From NCBI GenBank assembly GCA_021161865.1, contig JAGGZU010000015.1, positions 1 to 36,977 on the forward strand: 36,977 bases of DNA. The letters run 5' to 3'. A program made the translations under genes and the position numbers. The notes beneath the pieces were generated by a model. That model had not been told where the DNA came from. It did not search any database and worked only from the letters and a program-made list of their open reading frames with translations. The DNA comes from Thermoplasmata archaeon. GTDB lineage: Archaea > Thermoplasmatota > E2 > DHVEG-1 > B18-G2. Below, piece by piece: positions 33,284 through 36,977 of the stretch; positions within the stretch are counted from its first letter, which is position 1; every line of letters starts with the position of its first letter.

Positions 33284-34302
33284 ATGTGTGTAACCGTGAT
33301 ATCAAAACAGGTATAAAACTCTCTCGGCGCATACGTTTTTATCGTTCTTATGCTTTTCACTTCTAACTTAACGTTTTTTGAAGTTTTTTTGAGGAAGCTG
33401 ATACGGTTGTCAATCTCTTCCTCATTAAGAACATCATAGTAATGTATCACACAACCATCTTCAGCTATCAGCAAAGCATCATTGAGAAAGTTTTGAGCAG
33501 AAAAGGGCAGGTTCATTAGTATCCGATTAGCCTTCACACCTTTATCTACAAACTCCTTTACAATCTCATGTGTGTCACCTTGAATTACCTCAACTTTGTC
33601 GATAACTCTGTTATGAATAACGTTTTTCTTTGCAAACTCTATGGCATCAGGATTTTTGTCTATCGCATAAACGATTTTTGGTGAACCCTGTTTCGCCACC
33701 ATTATAGCAAAGGGTGCTACACCGGTGAACATGTCTACAACGGTTTCATTTTTTTTGACGAGACCCGCGATTCTATGTCTTTCTCCTGCAAGCCTTGGTG
33801 AGAAAAAGGTTTTTTCTACATCCAGGTAGAGTTCAACACCGTATTCTCTATGCAGGGTTGTTGTTCTTTTTTCTCCAGCGATCACCTCTACATCCCTTGT
33901 TCTATATTCTCCCGCAACAGGTTTACTCAGACAGACAACCTTTACGTTTTTGTGAACACTGAGTATTGCATTTCCTATTTCTTTGGTGTAACCAAGGATT
34001 TCATCCGGTATTTTGATGAGTGCTATGTCTCCTATGATGTCATAGGACGTTGGAAGGAGTTCCTGTAGCTCTGGTGGCAGGTTTAAAACATCCTTGTAAG
34101 ACCTTGGTTTTCTTTTTTTTTCTTCAAAATCCATTTCAACAATCTGATACCCTATTTTTTTTCCATCATGTATTGGTAGAAAGATGTTTTCATCATTTTT
34201 TTTAGGTAAAAGATGTGTTTTCAGCATCCCAAGTTCCTTCAACCTTTTTCTTACTGTTTCACCCTTGTTTTTTTCGATTTTAACAGCCTGAGACCGTACC
34301 AT
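33274..34302 (-). CDS. trm5: tRNA (guanine37-N1)-methyltransferase, Trm5/Taw22 (Met_10) family
   Basis: 342 aa. SAM-binding VVDMFTGVAPFAI, YAIDKNP and NLP motifs typical of aTrm5. The last 10 nt, including the TAG stop, lie inside the tRNA-Thr 5' end. Confidence 0.8.
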   Translation of the reverse strand: MVRSQAVKIEKNKGETVRKRLKELGMLKTHLLPKKNDENIFLPIHDGKKIGYQIVEMDFEEKKRKPRSYKDVLNLPPELQELLPTSYDIIGDIALIKIPDEILGYTKEIGNAILSVHKNVKVVCLSKPVAGEYRTRDVEVIAGEKRTTTLHREYGVELYLDVEKTFFSPRLAGERHRIAGLVKKNETVVDMFTGVAPFAIMVAKQGSPKIVYAIDKNPDAIEFAKKNVIHNRVIDKVEVIQGDTHEIVKEFVDKGVKANRILMNLPFSAQNFLNDALLIAEDGCVIHYYDVLNEEEIDNRISFLKKTSKNVKLEVKSIRTIKTYAPREFYTCFDITVTHMPA

Positions 34303-34324
34303 CGAACCTTAGATTATATATTAG

Positions 34325-34333
34325 ATATAATAA
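34325..34333 (-). promoter_or_regulatory. Candidate TATA box for trm5
   Basis: Reverse strand reads TTATTATAT, centred ~27 nt upstream of ATG 34302 (leaderless geometry) and only 6 nt downstream of the tRNA-Tyr 3' end. Confidence 0.4.
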
Positions 34334-34338
34334 GGTAG

Positions 34339-34428
34339 TCCCGCCTCCCGGATTTGAACCGGGGACCTGTCGGTTTCCGCGGTAGGGGTCTACAGCCGAC
34401 CGCTCCAGCCAGACTGAGCTAAGGCGGG
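34339..34428 (-). tRNA. tRNA-Tyr(GUA) with a 15-nt intron at 37/38 and a C1-G72 pair
   Basis: Hand-folded: acceptor CCCGCCT/AGGCGGG, D arm GCTC/GAGC, anticodon stem GTCGG/CCGAC, loop CTGTAG|intron ACCCCTACCGCGGAA|A, T arm CCCGG-TTCAAAT-CCGGG, discriminator A. Intron CTAC pairs with exon GTAG. Confidence 0.88.
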
Positions 34429-34455
34429 ATTGTAAAAGGCGAATATCTATTGGTG

Positions 34456-34464
34456 TATTTTAAA
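34456..34464 (-). promoter_or_regulatory. Candidate TATA box for tRNA-Tyr
   Basis: Reverse strand reads TTTAAAATA, centred ~32 nt upstream of the tRNA 5' end (34428). Confidence 0.45.
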
Positions 34465-34511
34465 CTTTCAGCAGGTTTTATTAACCTGTTTTGCGATTGT
34501 TGTTCTTGTAG

Positions 34512-34811
34512 GTGCATAAGTTGAGTGCAATAAAACGTTTAATCTTGGATGTTTTGAAGCCGCATATGCCTTCGATCATTGAGCTTGCTCAGAAGATCGG
34601 CGATATTGAGGGGGTATCTGGTGTCAACATTTCTCTGCAAGAGGTGGATAAGGATACAGATAATGTTAAGATAACCATCGAAGGGACTGGGATAAACTAT
34701 GAGGCTGTGGAGCAGGTGATCGAGGAGTGCGGTGCCGTTATTCACTCCATTGACGGTGTCTCTGCAGGGGTGAAAATAGTGGATGAGATAAGCACCCCAC
34801 AGGATAGGTAA
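34512..34811 (+). CDS. DUF211 (COG1888-type) small archaeal protein
   Basis: 99 aa. KRLILDVLKPHMPSIIELAQKI...VSGVNISLQEVDKDTDNVKITIEG matches the characteristic DUF211 N-terminus. Start is non-ATG: GTG 34512 or TTG 34521. Confidence 0.7.
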   Translation: MHKLSAIKRLILDVLKPHMPSIIELAQKIGDIEGVSGVNISLQEVDKDTDNVKITIEGTGINYEAVEQVIEECGAVIHSIDGVSAGVKIVDEISTPQDR

Positions 34812-34840
34812 AAGAGTCTTAAGGAGACAAAATCGCAACT

Positions 34841-34848
34841 TTTATAAA
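34841..34848 (+). promoter_or_regulatory. TATA box (TTTATAAA) for the surface-protein transcript
   Basis: Consensus archaeal TATA. The predicted TSS near 34870-34875 implies a ~170-nt 5' leader before ATG 35042. Confidence 0.5.
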
Positions 34849-34884
34849 GAAGGTAGTCATTTACGATGGAGAGGTCCGGTGAGG

Positions 34885-34977
34885 GCACGTCGTGAAGGTT
34901 CGTAAAGTATTTAATGACCCGTTGATATATCGGGCGAGCCTTTGCATCTGTGATCCACGGTGTGGATCTGGACGTGC
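34885..34977 (+). other. Structured RNA element within the 5' leader (closing stem plus two internal hairpins), followed by a 64-nt purine tract
   Basis: GCACGTC (34885-34891) pairs with GACGTGC (34971-34977). Internal hairpins: CCCG-ttgatatat-CGGG (34918-34934) and GATCCAC-ggt-GTGGATC (34952-34968). Then 34978-35041 is almost pure A/G with several GGAG motifs. Confidence 0.45.
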
Positions 34978-35041
34978 AGGAGGAATGAAAGGAAGAAAAG
35001 GAGAAAGGTAGGATAAAAGAATTTAAGGAGGGAAAAGAGAG

Positions 35042-36977
35042 ATGAATGAGAATATGAGAAGCAAGACACTAGCCATGTTTGTAGTGTTGGCTATGCTATT
35101 GTCTACACTAGCTGTGATCATGCCAGCGGTTGCAACAATCGGTATCGACGAATGGGAAGGCGATACCAGTGCTGATAACGATTTTGTGAATACTTCAACA
35201 AGTGAGTTGTACTATGGTAACACTGTGACGATTCAGTTTAACAAGACTGAGTTGAATGATTTTGGTAGCAGCAACTATTACTTGTATTATCCTGTTTATA
35301 AGAGAGTATCTGGTGTTACTGGTTATGAGTACAATGTTACCTGGACGAAATGGGGTGAACTCACCACTGCTGGCAAGGCAGAGAATGTTGACCTTAATAT
35401 AACAGGTCTGTGGTTTGTATCGGATCAGTTCAGCATTGACAAAACCAATTTGACTGCTATGCAAGTTCATAACGCTGTTAACGGTTGGCAGGATATTGTG
35501 GGTTGGTTCTGGGTGAACTCAACAAAATATTATACTGTAACGGTTTCACCATCTACGATACATTACGATAAGAACGAGAGTGTTACTATAACTGTGAAGC
35601 ATGGTGATCAAGAGGTTGGTGGTGCATGGTGCGATATAAGATATAACGGTACTAATGGTACTCTTATAAGGCATGAACTCATGGATTCTGGTACTTGGAC
35701 GTTTAATCCGTATGATTATACTCACAGTTATGGTGCTGGTGTTTACAGCATTATTGTTTACAAGGATGTTGATTCGCCAATCCTTACCTATGGGGCAGAA
35801 GGTGGCAGTACTGGTTACAACAACACTTTCGGTAATACGAGTATTTGGACTGATATGCATATTCGTAACTCTACTGGTGTGACTGGTACAACAAATGAGG
35901 CAACCTATTACTGGGATAATTGTGGTCCGTTTGATCCACCAGAGTACACTGCTGACATGGTGAACCTTACTGTAGTTGCTGGTACGCCAACGTTGTCTAT
36001 ACCTGAGGCAAACGCTACCATGTACTGGAGTTTTGATGGCGAAGTGAATGTTTCGATAAAGGATTACGATGGTAACAATATTTCAACTCCATACAATGTG
36101 GTTGTGTTGAACAAGGATAAGGAAGATGTGACCGCTAATATTACCACTATAGACAGGGAGAATGGATACTGCCGTATATACAGTGACAGCTGGGGTAAAG
36201 ACAGCCACGATACAGTATGGGGTACAAACGGTACTTGGTATGTAAGGATAGTTAAGAACAACGAGGGTAATGCTTCTGAGGAGTGGAATGGTACTGTTAA
36301 GTTTAAGGTTACGAAGGCTCCGGGTGTGCAGATTAAACTTATTGATGATGGTGACGGAAACAATGATGGCGAGATATCGGAGGTTCCAGCGATCGGAGAT
36401 CAGCCGCTCACTCTTCAGTTCCAGGTGATTAACAGGGAGCATGATTATCTTGGTGACGCTAGTGAGGCTAATGCTAGGAAGAATATCACCCTTTCAGGAA
36501 ACGCTTTGTTGTTGAGCAGTAAAACGTTGGATGAGTACAACACTGCTATACCTGGTAGCGTTGATTATGTTGGTAACACTTGGTGTGTGAACTTTACTCC
36601 AACGATGGCGCTTAATGGCGGAGAAATCACAATAAGCGTTGACTGGGGTGACTGGGGAAGTGATGAGCAGACAATAACCATTGGCGGTTCGGAGCTCAAT
36701 GGTACTATAGTGAGTATTTCTCCAGAGGAGTTTGTGATTGGCGAGAATGTAACGCTTACTGTGACAGTAACAGGTCCAACTGGTTATCCATATCCAAATG
36801 CATATGTCGCACTATATTTCATAAATGACAGCGGTGGACTTGAGGCAAAAATCAATGAAACAAATGGTGGAGGAACAACCAGCGGAGAATATACATTCTT
36901 TTTCAATGTATCTCAGCAAACCGACAACCAGTCACAGGTAACTGGCTGGGGCTCTGATCCAAAAGCGCCAAGGTATA
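35042..36977 (+). CDS. Large secreted N-x-S/T-dense protein, candidate S-layer / major surface glycoprotein (3' end beyond the window)
   Basis: Not in the ORF track because there is no stop in the window. I translated all 645 codons from ATG 35042 without meeting a stop. Signal peptide MNENMRSKTLAMFVVLAMLLSTLAVIMPAVATIG. About 28 N-x-S/T sequons. GGAGGG SD 8 nt upstream. Confidence 0.8.
   Translation, partial: MNENMRSKTLAMFVVLAMLLSTLAVIMPAVATIGIDEWEGDTSADNDFVNTSTSELYYGNTVTIQFNKTELNDFGSSNYYLYYPVYKRVSGVTGYEYNVTWTKWGELTTAGKAENVDLNITGLWFVSDQFSIDKTNLTAMQVHNAVNGWQDIVGWFWVNSTKYYTVTVSPSTIHYDKNESVTITVKHGDQEVGGAWCDIRYNGTNGTLIRHELMDSGTWTFNPYDYTHSYGAGVYSIIVYKDVDSPILTYGAEGGSTGYNNTFGNTSIWTDMHIRNSTGVTGTTNEATYYWDNCGPFDPPEYTADMVNLTVVAGTPTLSIPEANATMYWSFDGEVNVSIKDYDGNNISTPYNVVVLNKDKEDVTANITTIDRENGYCRIYSDSWGKDSHDTVWGTNGTWYVRIVKNNEGNASEEWNGTVKFKVTKAPGVQIKLIDDGDGNNDGEISEVPAIGDQPLTLQFQVINREHDYLGDASEANARKNITLSGNALLLSSKTLDEYNTAIPGSVDYVGNTWCVNFTPTMALNGGEITISVDWGDWGSDEQTITIGGSELNGTIVSISPEEFVIGENVTLTVTVTGPTGYPYPNAYVALYFINDSGGLEAKINETNGGGTTSGEYTFFFNVSQQTDNQSQVTGWGSDPKAPRY

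Noticed and set aside
34985-35011. 8-codon uORF (MKGRKGER*) inside the purine tract of the leader
   Set aside because: The GGAGG sits only 2 nt from its ATG, which is too close. The peptide simply reflects the A/G tract. Kept only as part of the leader description.
35195-36442. Four minus-strand ORFs (35195-35470, 35546-35860, 36064-36363, 36083-36442) and plus-strand ORF 35673-35882 from the track
   Set aside because: They lie antisense to, or out of frame with, a continuous open frame of at least 645 codons that has a signal peptide, SD and coherent composition. Their products are low-complexity with no motifs.
1-36977. Scan for CRISPR arrays, IS/transposase or integrase genes, rRNA, inteins, toxin-antitoxin pairs and in-frame stop recoding
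   Set aside because: I saw no spaced direct repeats, no recombinase or transposase motifs, no rRNA-like segments and no intein blocks in polB or ppsA. No ORF pair suggested an interrupted gene. Apart from the tRNA locus and the surface-protein genes, the window looks like core chromosome.

Overview
This 37 kb window reads as a gene-dense (~90% coding) archaeal chromosomal segment. I found no rRNA, CRISPR array, transposase or integrase. The archaeal assignment rests on features read directly from the sequence:
- AglB/STT3 oligosaccharyltransferase (WWDYG), Pth2, pyruvoyl arginine decarboxylase, deoxyhypusine synthase, a family-B DNA polymerase, two geranylgeranyl-reductase paralogues, archaeal-type PPAT and Trm5.
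- A PGF-CTERM sorting signal.
- Two tRNA genes with introns at the canonical 37/38 position; tRNA-Tyr has the archaeal/eukaryal C1-G72 pair.
- A/T-rich TATA boxes ~25 nt upstream of many start codons, so many transcripts look leaderless.

Housekeeping genes are pyrC, prs, nadK, ppsA, coaD, pdaD and dys. They are interleaved with a cell-envelope and glycosylation theme:
- aglB fused to SdrD-B/CarboxypepD_reg-like repeats.
- A DUF368 polyprenyl-phosphate-translocase-like gene.
- Three large N-x-S/T-rich secreted or anchored proteins.

Items I think deserve a second look:
1. An open-ended ORF of at least 645 codons at 35042-36977. It is absent from the supplied track and looks like a major surface (S-layer-type) glycoprotein. 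It follows a ~170 nt structured, purine-rich leader.
2. A minus-strand cluster: a divergent PolB (atypical motif B), then an externally anchored tandem OB-fold protein, then a DUF112/TctA-like permease.
3. The locus tRNA-Tyr(intron) - trm5 - tRNA-Thr(49 nt intron), where the trm5 stop lies inside the tRNA.
4. A 99-aa protein whose C-terminus (GMGMIFD) resembles the ribosomal P-stalk tail.
5. aglB with a four-domain C-terminal Ig-like array.

All family calls come from motif recognition by eye. No HMM or BLAST search was possible, and GC content and skews were not computed.
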